Positions 1 to 13,399 are shown, counted from the stretch's first letter. The stretch: DNA of 64,000 bases from Mobula hypostoma (GCF_963921235.1 NC_086097.1:247940001-248004000); one strand, 5' to 3'. Notes: generated by a model from the sequence alone, not told the origin. Numbers and translations: made by a program.

Positions 1-230
1 AGTGATTAGCTGTTTCCTTCTCAAGGAACAGCTTGAGAAGGAAAGCATCTTACCATCTGGGTGGCAGGGTGGAGATATGTCTCTACCAAAGGAGGTGTAC
101 GGTGCTCTTTCCCTCTTCTAGCCTGCAGGGCCCCCTTGGGCAAGGTGTAGCAACCGTGCACCCCTCACCCCAGGGTCACATGAAGCCATGAGAGCAGGTG
201 GTGGATGGTCGTATGAGCAGCTGGTGCATA

Positions 231-898
231 TCAGAATCAGGTTCATTATCATCGGCATGTGACGTAAAATTTGTTAACTTGGCAGCAGCAGTTCAATGCA
301 ATACATAATCTAGCAGAGAGAGAAAAATAAAATAAAAAATAATAAATAATCAAGTGAATCAATTACATATATTGAATAGATTTTTAAAAATGTGCAAAAA
401 CAGAAATACTGTATATTAAAAAAAGAGTGAGTTAGTGTCCAAAGCTTCAATGTCCAGTTAGGGAATCGGATGGCAGAGGGGAAGAAGCTGTTCCTGAATC
501 GCTGAGTGTGTGCCTTCAGGCTTCTGTATCTCCTACCTGATGGTAACAGTGAGAAAAGGGCATGCCCTGAGTGCTAGAGGTCTTTAATAATGGACGCTGC
601 CTTTCTGAGACACCGCTCCCTAAAGATGTCCTGGGTACTTTGTAGGCTAGTACCCAAGATGGAGCTGACTAGATTTACAACCTTCTGTAGCTTCTTTCGG
701 TCCTGTGTGGTAGCCCCTCCATACCAGACAGTGATGCAACCTGTCAGAATGCTCTCCACGGTACAACTATAGAAGTTTTTGAGTGTATTTGTTGACATGC
801 AAAATCTCTTCAAACTCCTAATAAAGTATAACTGCTGTCTTGCTACCTTTCTGATGACATTGATATGTTGGGACCAGGTTAGATCCTCAGACACTTGA
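231..898 (-). mobile_element. Rex1/Babar-type LINE, 3' fragment
   Basis: ORF 574..894 has QQLYFIRSLKRF, ESILTGCITVWYG and RCLRKAASIIKD. The 3' end carries aacctgattctga. Confidence 0.85.
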
Positions 899-969
899 CT
901 ATGACAAGTCCTGGTAATGCAACCACTTGCACCAGGCAGACAATCTCCGACGAGTATTGATAATGGTTG

Positions 970-2889
970 AAAGGGCTTAATTAGGAAGGGGAAAAAAGAT
1001 TATGAGAGAAAACTGGCAGGGAACATAAAAACTGACTGTAAAAGCTTTTATAGATATGTAAAAAGGAAAAGACTGGTAAAGACAAATGTAGGTCCCCTAC
1101 AGACAGAAACAGGTGAATTGATTATGGGATTATGGGGAGCAAGGACATGGCAGACCAATTGAATAATTATTTTGGTTCTGTCTTCACTAAGGAGGACATA
1201 AATAATCTTCCAGAAATAGTAGGGGACAGAGGGTCCAGTGGGATGGAGGAACTGAGCGAAATACTTGTTAGTAGGGAAGTGGTGTTAGGTAAATTGAAGG
1301 GATTGAAGGCAGATAAATCCCCAGGGCCAGATGGTCTGCATCCTAGAGTGCTTAAGGAAGTAGCCCAAGAAATAGTGGATGCATTAGTGATAATTTTTCA
1401 AAACTCGTTAGATTCTGGACTAGTTCCTGAGGATTGGAGGGTGGCTAATGTAACCCCACTTTTTAAAAAAGGAGGGAGAGAGAAACCGGGGAATTATAGA
1501 CCGGTTAGCCTAACGTCGGTGGTGGGGAAACTACTGGAGTCAGTTATCAAAGATGTGATAACAGCACATTTGGAAAGCGGTGAAATCATCGGACAAAGTC
1601 AGCATGGATTTGTGAAAGGAAAATCATGTCTGACGAATCTCATAGAATTTTTTGAGGATGTAACCAGTAGAGTGGATAGGGGAGAACCAGTGGATGTGGT
1701 ATATTTGGATTTTCAAAAGGCTTTTGACAAGGTCCCACACAGGAGATTAGTGTGCAAACAAATGGTATTGGGGGTAAGGTATTGGTGTGGGTGGAGAATT
1801 GGTTAGCAGACAGGAAGCAAAGAGTGGGAATAAACGGGACCTTTTCAGAATGGCAGGCGGTGACTAGTGGGGTACCGCAAGGCTCAGTGCTGGGACCCCA
1901 GTTGTTTACAATATATATTAATGACTTGGATGAGGGAATTAAATGCAGCATCTCCAAGTTTGCGGATGACACGAAGCTGGGTGGCAGTGTTAGCAGTGAG
2001 GAGGATGCTAAGAGGATGCAGGGTGACTTGGATAGGTTGGGTGAGTGGGCAAATTCATGGCAGATGCAATTTAATGTGGATAAATGTGAAGTTATCCACT
2101 TTGGTGGCAAAAATAGGAAAACAGATTATTATCTGAATGGTGGCCGATTAGGAAAAGGGGAGGTGCAATGAGACCTGGGTGTCATTATACACCAGTCATT
2201 GAAAGTGGGCATGCAGGTACAGCAGGCGGTGAAAAAGGCGAATGATATGCTGGCATTTATAGCGAGAGGATTCGAGTACAGGAGCAGGGAGGTACTACTG
2301 CAGTTGTACAAGGCCTTGGTGAGACCACACCTGGAGTATTGTGTGCAGTTTTGGTCCCCTAATCTGAGGAAAGACATCCTTGCCATAGAGGGAGTACAAA
2401 GAAGGTTCACCAGATTGATTCCTGGGATGGCAGGACTTTCATATGAAGAAAGACTGGATGAACTGGGCTTGTACTCGTTGGAATTTAGAAGATTGAGGGG
2501 GGATCTGATTGAAACGTATAAAATCCTAAAGGGATTGGACAGGCTAGATGCAGGAAGATTGTTCCCGATGTTGGGGAAGTCCAGAACAAGGGGTCACAGT
2601 TTGAGGATAAAGGGGAAGCCTTTTAGGACCGAGATTAGGAAAAACTTCTTCACACAGAGAGTGGTGAATCTGTGGAATTCTCTGCCACAGGAAACAGTTG
2701 AGGCCAGTTCATTGGCTATGTTTAAGAGGGAGTTAGATATGGCCTTGTGGCTACGGGGATCAGGGGGTATGGAGGGAAGGCTGGGGCGGGGTTCTGAGTT
2801 GGATGATCAGCCATGATCGTAATAAATGGCGGTGCAGGCTCGAAGGGCCGAATGGCCTACTCCTGCACCTATTTTCTATGTTTCTATGT
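970..2889 (+). mobile_element. CR1 LINE, 5'-truncated ORF2 (reverse transcriptase), disabled
   Basis: KSPGPDG, NYRPVSLTS, YLDFQKAFD, GVPQGSVLGP, FADD and RPHLEYC motifs across ORFs 1132..1806, 1752..2171 and 2199..2816. Frameshift near 1757, in-frame TGA at 2169, (tttctatg)n tail. Confidence 0.95.
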
Positions 2890-3232
2890 AAGTCACCCAT
2901 CTTGTAAAGACACTGCCCAGAAGAAGGCAATATCAAACCACTTCTGTAGAAAAATTTGCCAAGAACAATCATGGTCATGGAAAGAGCACGATTGCCCATG
3001 TCATACGACACAGCACATAACAAACGAATGATCTTGCCAACAACGGTTGGGATAAGTGTGTAATCTTCCAATAGGTAATCAATAGAGTATCACAACGCTG
3101 GGGCTACTTCTCTGTATTGATGGTGGATGAATGGGGAGCGTGTACTGTGGGAGGAACATACAAACGGATGTAGTTATGTTGAGCAGTAAAGAAGTTGGCA
3201 GATAGAGTCTAATGCAGGAAAATGTAGATTTG

Positions 3233-3372
3233 AAAACGCAAACACGAGGAGATCTGCAGATGATGGAACTTCAAGTAACACACATCAAAGTTGCTGGTGA
3301 ACGCAGCAGGCCAGACAGTATCTCTAGGAAGAGGTACAGTTGACGTTTCGGGCTGAGACCCTTCGTCAGGAT
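3233..3372 (-). mobile_element. Penelope-like element terminal (pLTR) fragment with hammerhead motif
   Basis: The minus strand reads cctgacgaagggtctcagcccgaaacgtcaactgtacc, the same family as 32845-33091 and 50079-50307. Confidence 0.75.
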
Positions 3373-4612
3373 TTATCTCATCTAGAAGTAAGAGAAAAAG
3401 TCATCACTGTGTATAAAATGTTAAGAGGATTAGTTCAAATGGATAGCCAGCATCTTTGTCCCTAAGGTGGAAATGGCTAAGACAAGAGGGCTTAATTTTA
3501 ATGAGATTGGAGGAAAGTGTCGGGGGAAGTGAGAGGTCTTTTACTCAGACTGGAGGGTGCGTGGAATGCCTTGCTAGGGGTGGTGGTAGAGGCAGATGTA
3601 TTCGGGACATTTATTAGGCTCCTAGATAGGCTCATGGATGATGGAAAAATGGAGGGCTATGTGGGAAAAGCTGGAATAAGAAGAAATTGTATTATTAATT
3701 AGGCAGCCGGAATTTTGGGGGAAAATACTGAGGAAAGGGAAGCTCGAACATCGTGCAGTGATGGGAAGAACTGATGGAAGAAAAAGTTGCAGTCGGCAAT
3801 GCATGACTTAGCTGAGTTACATCGGAAGTTCTGAAGAGTTTATTAGAACTTCTTAGATGATCGCAGGTGGAACACCATGATTGGCCACATCGTATGGCGT
3901 GGCATTTGATGATGATATGTGAGGGGAGGGCTAGATTGATCTTGGAGTAGGTTAAAAAGTCAGCACAATGTTGTGGGCTGAAGGGTCTGTAATGTGCTGT
4001 ACTGTTAATTGGAGTGAAACTAATTTGTGGTACAGAGGAATCTGTGGAAATCTGGTACAAGCATGCACGGTCAGCAAGTAATTTGGAAAGCTAATGCATT
4101 TTTAGCCTTTAATGCAAAAGAAAGAAAATTTAGATTTAGGGAATACATGATGTGCTGACTTTTTAACCTGCTTGAAGCTCTCAATTTAAGCCTTCCCTCT
4201 CACATCATCATCATGTGCCACTTAATTACGCCCATGTGATCAATTAGCCGGCTAATCTATGCATTTTTGGAATGTGGGAGGGGCCTGTAGCACCCAGAAA
4301 CCCAAGAAGCATAGGAGCAGAATTAGGCCATTCAGTCCATCAAGTCTACTCTCAATCTCATTCTCTTATCTTCTCTCTGTGACCTTTAATGCCCATGCTA
4401 ATCAAAAACCTATCAACCTCTGCTTTAAATATTCATACAGACTTGGCCTCCACATCCATTTCTGGCAATGAATTTCATAGATGCACCACTCTGTAGCTAA
4501 AGAAGTTCCTTTTCACCTCTATTATAAAGGACATCCTTCTATTTTTTGGTTACCCCCTCTGGTCCTGGAGTCCACCCACTATAGGAAACATCCTCTCCAT
4601 GTCCACTCTATC

Positions 4613-4922
4613 TTTTTTTTATATAGGCATCCGTTAGTCTCATGAGACCATGGATTTGCGCCTTGGAAGGTTTCCAGGGCGCAGGCCTGGGCAAGGTTGT
4701 ATGGAAGACCGGCAGTTGCCCATGCTGCAAGTCTCCCCTCTCCACGACACCGATGCTGTCCAAGGGCAGGGCATTAGGACCCGTACAGCTTGGCACCGGT
4801 GTCGTCGCAGAGCAACGTGTGGTTAAGTGCCTTGCTCAAGGACACAACACGCTGCCTCAGCCAAGGCTCAAACTAGCGACCTTCAGATCACTAGACGAAC
4901 GCCCTAACCACTTGGCCACGAG
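4613..4922 (-). mobile_element. tRNA-derived SINE, full length, with A-rich tail
   Basis: The minus strand begins cgtggccaagtggttagggcg (A box), then a degenerate B box and cttgagcaaggcacttaacc. The same head occurs on + at 50490-50595. Confidence 0.75.
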
Positions 4923-5740
4923 GCAACTCTAGGCCTTTGAATATATCATAGGTTTCAATGAGATTCCCTCTCATTCTTCAAAACTGCAATGAGTACAAAC
5001 ACAGAGCCATCAAACACTCCTCACACATTAAGCCTTTCTTTCCCATAATCGTTCTTGTGAACCTCCTCTGGACCCTCTCCAATGCCAGCACATCCTTTCT
5101 TGGATAAGAGGCTCAAGTGCAGTCTGACCAATGCCTTATAAAATCTCAACATTACATACTTGCTTTTATATTCTAGTCCTCTTGAAATGAATACTAACAT
5201 TCCATTTGCCTTCCTCACCACAGACTCAACTTGCAAGTTATACTTTAGGGAACTCTGCAAGGACAAAGTCTCAGTTTTTTTTGTTTTTTTTTCTCTCCAT
5301 TGTGAAAATAGAGAATCTTTCCATTTCTTCTACCAAAATGCATGACCATACACTTCCCAACACTGTATTCTGTTGTTTGCCATTTCTTTGCCCTTATTCC
5401 TAATTTGTGTGAGTCCTTCTGCAGACTCTCCACTTTCTCAAAACTACCTGCCCCTCTACCTATCGTATTATCTGTAAACCTGGGCACAAAGCTATCAAAT
5501 TTGGCATTGAAATCATTGACTTATAATGTGAAAAGGAACAGTTCCAACACTGACCACTGTAAACATCACTCGTCGCTGGCCACCAACCAGAAAAGGCTTC
5601 TCTTATTCCCACTCTTTGCTTTCTGCCAGTTAGCCAATATTCTACCCATGCTGGCATCTTTCCTGTAAAAAGTAAAGGCTCTTATCTTGTTTGTAGCTTT
5701 GTGTGGCGCTTCATCAAAAGCCTTCTGAAAATCCAGGTAT

Positions 5741-5995
5741 TGTGGCGGCTCGCCCAGGCAGCAAGCGAACCAGCTCCAGTAGTCGCCGGCGAGCCCGCAG
5801 CCAGTGGCAACCGAGAGGGCTCTGAGTGCGGGGCAGACCTCAGCCCGGAAGCCGATGTCACTTCAGCCCCGCAAAGAGCGGGGGTTGCTGGGAGCGGGTA
5901 CTTAAGCGCACGCCAATTCAAACAGTAAACGGTTCAACCCGACCCTGCTCGAGTCAGTGTGTTGTTTTTACTCGTAGTGTATCAGCGCGACTACA
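5741..5995 (+). mobile_element. Solo LTR (255 bp), Gypsy-like
   Basis: TGT...ACA ends with a 4-bp TSD GTAT (5737-5740 and 5996-5999). GC-rich, contains tacttaa and agtaaa signals, and interrupts the CR1 VDVVYLDFQKAFD codons. Confidence 0.75.
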
Positions 5996-6360
5996 GTATA
6001 CAACATCTACTGACTCCTTTGTCTATCCTGCCTGTTCATTTCTCAAAGAATTCCATCAGACTTGTCAGACAAGTTTTCCCCTTAAGGAAACCATGCTGAC
6101 TTTGGTCTGTTTTATCAATGACCTCCAACCTCCCAGAAACTTCATCTTTACTAATGAACTCCAACACAAGGAAACTCAAATTGATTGGGAGAATGTGTGA
6201 ACTCATAGTGATAGGAATGGAACCCAGGTCACTGGCATAGTAATAGTGTTACACTACCCACTTTGCTACCATACCATTCTAAAGTTCTGACAACAGTACA
6301 GGACATTGATGAAGCTAAACCAGCACTAAATAGTTTTGTGCCCATAGTTTAAGGAAGATT

Positions 6361-6695
6361 AGACCATAAGACCATAAGACAAAGGAGCAGAAGTAGGCCA
6401 TTCGGCCCATTGAGTCTGCTCCGCCATTTTATCATGAGCAGATCCATTCTCATATTTAATCCCACTCCCCCGCCTTCTCACCATAACCTTTGATGCCCTG
6501 GCTACTCAGATACCTATCAATCTCTGCCTTAAATACACCCAATGACTTGGCCTCCACTGCTGCCTGTGGCAACAAATTCCATAGATTCACCACCCTCTGA
6601 CTAAAAAAGTTTCTTGGCATTTCTGTTCTGAATGGGCGCCCTTCAATCCTTAAGTCATGCCCTCTCGTATTAGACTCCCCCATCATGGGAAACAT
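6361..6695 (-). mobile_element. CR1 3' end fragment
   Basis: ORF 6456..6695 (TRGHDLRIEGRPFRTEMPRNFFSQRVVNLWNLLP) and a (cttatggt)n tail. Confidence 0.85.
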
Positions 6696-7461
6696 GAGGT
6701 TGGGCTTGTATTGGAGACAGTTTAGAGAAAGTTCACAATATCTGTTTCTCTATTGAAAGAAATTATGAGAAGTTTATAACTGTGTTCTTTGGAGTTTAGA
6801 AAAAAGGGAGGCATTTCTATCGAAACCTACCAGATCAGAAGTGGGGTGTTGTGTGAGATTGGGTGCTGAAAACATGTCTTCCCTTGAAGTATTTAGAATT
6901 AAGGGCATAAATTCAGAATAAGGGATTGCCCAGTTTAGACAGAGGTAAGGAGAAATTCATTTCACAGGGTTGTTATTCTAGAATTCTGTAACTCACAGCT
7001 CTGTGGAAGTGCAATCACTGAATATTGATAGACTTTTTAATATAAAGACCATAAAGCATAGGAGGAGAATTTGGCTATTCAGCCCATGGAGTCTGCTCCA
7101 CCATTTCATCATGCCTGATTTATTATCCCTCTTAACACTGTTCCTCTGCCTTCTCTCCATAACCTTTGATGCCCTGACTAATCAATGACCCCTATTGACA
7201 TCATTGCATCTGGGGTTGAGAACTTCCCATGATTCAGGACATTTACAAAGACAGATGTGTAAAAAGGGCTCAAAGGATCATTGGGGACCTGAGTCACCCC
7301 AACCACAATCTGTTCCAGCTACTACCACCCTGGAAACAGTACCGTAGCATAAAAGCCAGGACCAACAGGCTCCAGGACAGCTTCTTCCACCGGGCCAGCA
7401 GACTGATTAATTCATGCTGATGCTACTGTATTTCTATGCTATATTGACTATCCTGTTTTTC

Positions 7462-8086
7462 GGCGGGAGGAGAAGATGGCAGCGCGCTGCGCGTGCGCAG
7501 CTCTCCGGTGAAAAATGATGTCGTATCTGTTAAATAGGGGCCGTGGATAATTCTGATTTGATGGAGAATGGACGTGAAAGCACAGAGGAACATCTGGAGA
7601 AATCTCTGAAACGCCCGTCCGCTGCTGTCGTTACTGTGTGGTCGGGAATCTTTCGAAGGGTAGGCCTCAAAATCCCCGGCCTTGCCTGCTTTTGGCGACC
7701 GAGAAGGAGATCGAATCGTTCGGACAGAGATGGTGCTCAGTACTCGGTGTCGGAGAGCTGATCAGAGCTCGTAGTTTTCGGATGGCTCAGGATCGGATTG
7801 TGGTCGGCATGGCAGGGAGAGTTTTTCTTTCTTCTCCCGTCTGCGTGAGATGTGGGACATTTGAGAAACTTTGAACTTGTACTGTGCTCATGGATTTTCT
7901 TCATCAAGTTATGGTATTGTTTCACTGTTTGTAACTATATGTATAATTATGTGGTTTTGTCAGTTTTTTCAGTCTTGGTTTGTCCTGTGTTTTGTGATAT
8001 CACACCGGAGGAAATATTGTATCATTTCTTAATGCATGCATTACTAAATGACAATAAAAGAGGACTACATGTCTTCATAATCTAAT
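7462..8086 (+). mobile_element. ~625-bp non-coding non-autonomous retroelement
   Basis: Starts ggcgggaggagaagatggc and ends aataaaagaggact...cataatctaat. Co-terminal homologues at 16893-17520 (-) and 29360-29987 (-), partial copy at 51881-52252 (-). Confidence 0.8.
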
Positions 8087-9325
8087 ATTTATTATAAATT
8101 ACTATAAATTGCACATTGCACATTTAGACAGCAACGTAACGTAAAGATTCCTCATGTATGAAGGACGTAAGTAATAAAGTCAATTCAATTCAAAAACCTA
8201 TCAAACACTACTTTAAATGTACCCACTGACTTGGCCTCCCTAGCTGTCTGTGGCAATGAATTCCACAGATTTACTACGCTTGGTCTTACAAGGGTTGGAG
8301 GCTGGATATGATATCAATCACGTGATGTAAAGGAAATGTGATCAGAGACCCAATGGCTGTGAGTGCAGCCCAGGGACTGGGGGTTAGAGGCCGGATATCT
8401 GAGAGTCTGGGGCCAATTTCCGGAAGCCAGGAGACTTCTTTTCTCGAGATAGAGACCTGTGTGTGTGGGAGGGGGAGGTGGGCAAAGGGGCTTGTTTTTG
8501 CTGTTGCTTGTGTTGTTCTGCTGAACGCGATGGGCATGCAATGTTGCCACTGGAAATTGTGATGACACTTGCAGTTTGCATCCCTGAATTGTGTTGGTTG
8601 TTAATGCAAACGACGCGTTGCACCGTATGTTTCGATATACCTGTGATAAGTAAATCAGAGTCTGAAGTACCTGAGGCACTCTGTGCCCATGATGGTTGTC
8701 CAGGTGCACACTCGAAGATAACATCCAGGCCCTTGTTGGCTCATTCAATGAGGCATCTGGGGGTGGGGGAGCAGTCTGTACAACAAACAGCCAGACAACA
8801 AAGATCCTCCACCTAACCTGATCCGGCTACTCAGTGGTGTTCCTGACAGTGACGGCCCACAGCAAGAGCCTGGAATTTATGGATCACGTTCCATGTGTGG
8901 GAGACGCCTCTTAGTGAAGATGATGTTTTAGATTTACAGTGGCCTCCCATGCACCGTTGCAGCCTTTGGCCATCTGAGCTAGAGTGGCAAAGTCATGACT
9001 TCACAGGACCAGCGTTAATCATTGCCCTCCTGTAAGGTTTGGACCTTGTTTTTATTTATTTTAATTTTTATTGAGATACAGTGTGGAACGGCCTTATCAG
9101 CCCCATGAGTCGTGTCACCTAGCAACCCCCGATTTAACCCTTGCCTAATCACGGGGCAATTTTCAATGACCAATTAACCCACCAACAGGCACTTCTTTGG
9201 ACTGTGGGAGGAAACTGGAGCACCCGGAGGAAACCCATGCATCCCACAGGGAGCACATTACAGGAACATAAGAGATATGTTGGAAGGTGCCCTGAGTTCT
9301 AATAGTGTCGCTTTAACCTCTTTGC

Positions 9326-10102
9326 CAGGGGTCCCCAACCTTTTTTGCACCGCGGACAGGTTTAATATTGACAATATTCTTGTGGACCGGCCGACCCGGT
9401 TGGGTGGGGGGGGGGATGTCCAAGTAGGGTTAAACTCACCTCAACATGTCTTTTACAGTTAGGGTTGCCAACTGTCTCACTCCCAAATAAGGGACAAAAG
9501 TAGCAGTCAAATACGGGACACTTGCATTTACCCCGAGAAAGACTACCATGACCATGAAGCCTTGCGCGGGCTCCTGTGTGCGCATGCGCGTACGTGTCGA
9601 TTTTTTTCCACAAATTGGTTTCGGCTTAATCTTCCCAACTATACTATACATACATTATTTCTACTTTATATAGGCTGCGTATTTATCATATCATTCCTGC
9701 TTTTACTATATGTAAGTGTTATTTTAGGTTTTATGTGTTATTTGGTATGATTTGGTAGGTTATTTTTTGGGTCTGGGAACGCTCAACAATTTTTCCCATA
9801 TAAATTAATGGTAATTGCTTCTTCGCTTTACGCCATTTCGGCACGAAAGGTTTCATAGGAACGCTCTACCTTAGCGGGGGAAATACGGGACAAGGGCGGT
9901 CCCATATGGGACAAACCAATTTAGCCCAATATACGGGATGTCCCTGCAAATACGGGACAGTTGGCAACCCTATGTTCAAGTTCAACAGTGCATGACAGGG
10001 AATGAGGAAAGGTGCAGCTGACTCGTATCATTTCCTCGGGGCCCGGTAGCACATGCTTTGCAGCCTGATACCGGTCCGCGGCTCGGTGGTTGGAGACCAC
10101 TG
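9326..10102. mobile_element. hAT/Charlie-type non-autonomous DNA transposon with an internal second TIR pair
   Basis: TIRs caggggtccccaacc / ggttggagaccactg, with 8-bp TSD ctctttgc / ctctatgc. Inner TIR pair tagggttgccaact (9460) / agttggcaacccta (9972) with repeated aatacgggaca motifs. Confidence 0.8.
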
Positions 10103-11976
10103 CTCTATGCTACTGTGTAGCTGAGTTAGTGCTTGTGGGTTTATGGTCCATTCAGAAATCTGATAGCGCAGGGGAAGATGAGTGTGCGTCTTCAGTCTCC
10201 TGTACCACCTCCTGGATAGCGGTAATGAGAAGCGGACATATCCTGGGTGGTGGGGGTCCTTAATGATGGATGCTCTGTTTTTGAGGCATTGGCTTTTGAA
10301 GACATCCTCAGTGGAGAGGTTTATTCGCATGATGGAGTTGGCTAAGTTTACAAACCTCTATGGATCTTTCGGATCCTGTGTAGTGTGTGTTTTTCTTATA
10401 TTATTGTGACGCAGCAAGCACAATAGGGAAATATACTTCAGGCAAAGCTTGGACAAGTTGTTCTAGCATGAAATGTTTTAGACCAGAAAGGTATTAGACT
10501 GTGGGGTGATGTGAAACAAGGACAATTTTCACATCATTCTATAGCCTCAGTCCTGATGAAGGTCTTGGCCTGAAACAGCATCCTGAAGAAGGGTTAATTA
10601 ATTTCCCTTTAATAAATAATTAATAATTATAAATTGAATAATTATTGAATCTGCTCCACCACAATTTCAGGGTATGTATTGTGAATCGTAAGTTGTTGGG
10701 TCAAAACAAAGTAAAGGTGGTCCTCACTGTTTCACTGGCTCTGCTGTCCATTAGTTCAAATCTCTGTCGACCAGTTATTGATTTGCTCTTTAAATGGAAA
10801 ATATTTTGCTATCTTAAATTCAAAACTTGATAATCCTGAGCAATTAGCAATAAGACAATTCAGAACTGTTTTGCTCACTGTGGTTTCAAGCATTCGGGCT
10901 GTAGCTGCAAAAACGGCTGTTAGACATTTCAGAGGGAGCCGTTTTTAAATAGCACCATTTATGCGCTTGTGTTGTGTTATCCATTTAGGCGTACTGGCGC
11001 TGATTATTTCAACTTCATGCAGGAAAGCAAAGAAGGCAGCCCATTATCTGCACTAGGTGGCTGCGCTGATTGTGTTTCTTTACGGTCAATCATGGCAGCC
11101 ATTACAGTCAGAACATGGCAGCCATGAATTCTTCCATCTATAACTCTTAGGAACTAATACACTGTTTTATAGCACTGTAGTAGCATTGTAGTGTTTTAAC
11201 TTGTTCTGTATTTCATTTAAGTATGTAATTTGTTAGTCGGTTAAACGGTAGTTTGTCTTTTTATGCCTTTTAACTACAGGCATTTCCATGAAACTTTGGC
11301 TAATTGGGGATGGGGGGGGAATGCTTAATTAGGCCAAAATCTACTGGTCTGCATTAACCGGAATCCTTTGTATTTTTCCTTTGGCATTGTTTTGGCAATT
11401 GAATGCCTTAGCAATAGTGTTCATTGGGGTAGTGGTTCAGTCTTCAAGCCAACCCCATAGATGATGACCTGAGGGGGTGGTGGGAATAGACAGCTCCCTT
11501 GGCCTTTGTTGTTTCTAATCTTAGAGCTTGGCATTGTCACTTGTTTGAAAAATAGAATATTCTCCTCCCTAGCACACTCATCCATCACTCCGATCCAGAA
11601 AAATATTATACAAAGGAGAAATGTCACAATGTGATTAGTTGTTTTTGGTGAGTAATTTTTTTTGGGGTCTAGCTGATTTTCCTAAGACTTTGCAAGTAGC
11701 ATTAATCACTTTTTGTGGCCATGTGAATAAAATATCTGTGCGTGTAACCTAACAGGGTGCATAAGTTTATTTGGTGACTGAAGAAATTGGAAGTAGTTGA
11801 CCTGCCACTTTAATTTCCCGTAGGTAGAATCTTGACAGCCAATCAATAATTCATGGTTGTCCTGGGATAACAGGAGTTCTAAAGTAATTGTCTTTGAGGT
11901 TTTAATAGAGTAAACCCTGAGAAATTATCAGCTTATTTAGTTGTTGATTTTTAAAAAAATTTTTATTTAAACACAG

Positions 11977-12084
11977 GAAGAAGAAAGTGAAGAAGAACCC
12001 AAGCTGAAGTATGAAAGATTGGGTAACGGAGTGACAGAAATCCTGCAGAAAGACGTAGCCAGTTGTATGGTCGTTCATGATAAG
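11977..12084 (+). CDS. VPS41: VPS41 coding exon (EEESEEEPKLKYERLGNGVTEILQKDVASCMVVHDK), 108 nt, phase 0/0
   Basis: Acceptor ttttatttaaacacag and donor AAG|gtagtc. The translation closely matches the vertebrate VPS41 N-terminus as I recall it (EEESEEEPKLKYERLSNGVTEILQKDAASCMTVHDK). Confidence 0.96.
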
Positions 12085-13399
12085 GTAGTCTCTTTGTTTC
12101 GCTCTTACACGAAAAATCCCTAATCTCAAAAAAAAACTATAATTTCTCGAACAAAGTCTTTGAGGTTCTGCCGATTACAGTGCAGTTACTGTTTCTAACG
12201 GTGAATAATTTAAAATCATACAGAGAGCTGCTTCATCTCGTAAAGCTATGGTGATTATGCATTCATAATGCATCTCGGTTTTATTTTTTTCAAATTCAGT
12301 GTTCGGTATCTATTCGGATTTTGCTCCCCTTTTCCAAGCGGCCACTTTCCTTTCTAAAGCATCATATTTTCACAAGCATCAGTCTGTGCTTGATGACTAA
12401 TCGTCATGGCACCTGGAGCAGTCAAGCGGGCTTGTGAGCTGGAATAGTCATACCTAGTTATGTCTGCACACCTGATGTTTTATTAACCAGTATTGATTTT
12501 CTTTACTCGGGGGACTTTCTCCTTCCTGAAAAAAATAGCAACCTTGCAGGGGCGAAAGACATTGCTGGGCTGAATTTGCAATGCCCCTCGTTCTCCTTCC
12601 TTCCTCTTTAATGCAGGTTCATGTTATAAGTGCCTGAATTTAATTTTCAGTTTAGCAATTCCATCTTGATAAATCCTTTTTAAACCTCAAGTTAATGGAA
12701 GGTTATTTTTCCGATGGTGCTGGTTGACTGACATGCTTGGTAGTGCCTGTAAATATGAGCATTTCATTAGATCCTCCAATCAAGCATGCTCGGATGCTCA
12801 GAATGACTTGCCCCAGAATTTGGTTAATGCATTGAACTCTTATTTATTGATTTCCTGTTTACTCCTCCATTTTTTTAAACTCAATGTTTAAAATTTTATT
12901 TTATACGCTTGTTAAAATTATGTTTTTTTTTCTCCCTTTCTTTCTCTTCGTAACACATTGCCTGAACTGGGCATTTTCAGCCGTTTCAGGCCATTATATT
13001 TCACACAGCTGTAACTCTGCTAAATAAAGCTTCAGACATCCTCACATCCTCGCTATGCGTCTGTAGCTTCCTCCTGTTTTTAATGCTACACTTTTAATTT
13101 GCTGCCACAGTTCATCAGCGAGTGTGCACAAGCTGCAAAGAAACAATTTGTTGTCAGCAGATGAGGCTTCCCTGTGACTCATTCTGACAGGTAGTCAGTG
13201 CGTGCACCATCATGCTGGCCCATAGCCTCACTCTCAGCAACATTGACACTGAATCCTGGAGAAATTGTTCCCCTTTCTTATGAGGAAAAAGTCGCGATGA
13301 CTGGAAATTAGGAAACAAACTGCTAATTATGATAAAGCAAAACATACATGGATAAACAGTTTACATGCTGAGGAGCGGCAAGGCTGCTAAAATGGGAGT

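Larger units (their letters stand above)
59..3031 (+). mobile_element. ~370-bp SINE-like element with RTE-type 3' end, split into three pieces (59-233, 900-969, 2892-3031) by two LINE insertions
   Basis: The pieces concatenate into the same sequence as the uninterrupted copy at 45727-46095. Contains gaaggcaat(gg)caaaccacttctg, which resembles RTE/Bov-B-type tails. Confidence 0.75.
4300..6130 (-). mobile_element. Decayed CR1 LINE carrying a nested SINE and a solo LTR
   Basis: Minus-strand ORF fragments VRKANGMLVFISRGLEYKS and WLTGRKQRVGI, plus a DFQKAFD-like segment near 5710-5740. Confidence 0.8.

Noticed and set aside
4025..4062. Upstream VPS41 mini-exon (acidic EES-like codons)
   Set aside because: It lies in a decayed CR1 segment and lacks a proper polypyrimidine tract. 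The upstream VPS41 exons were not found and are probably outside the window.
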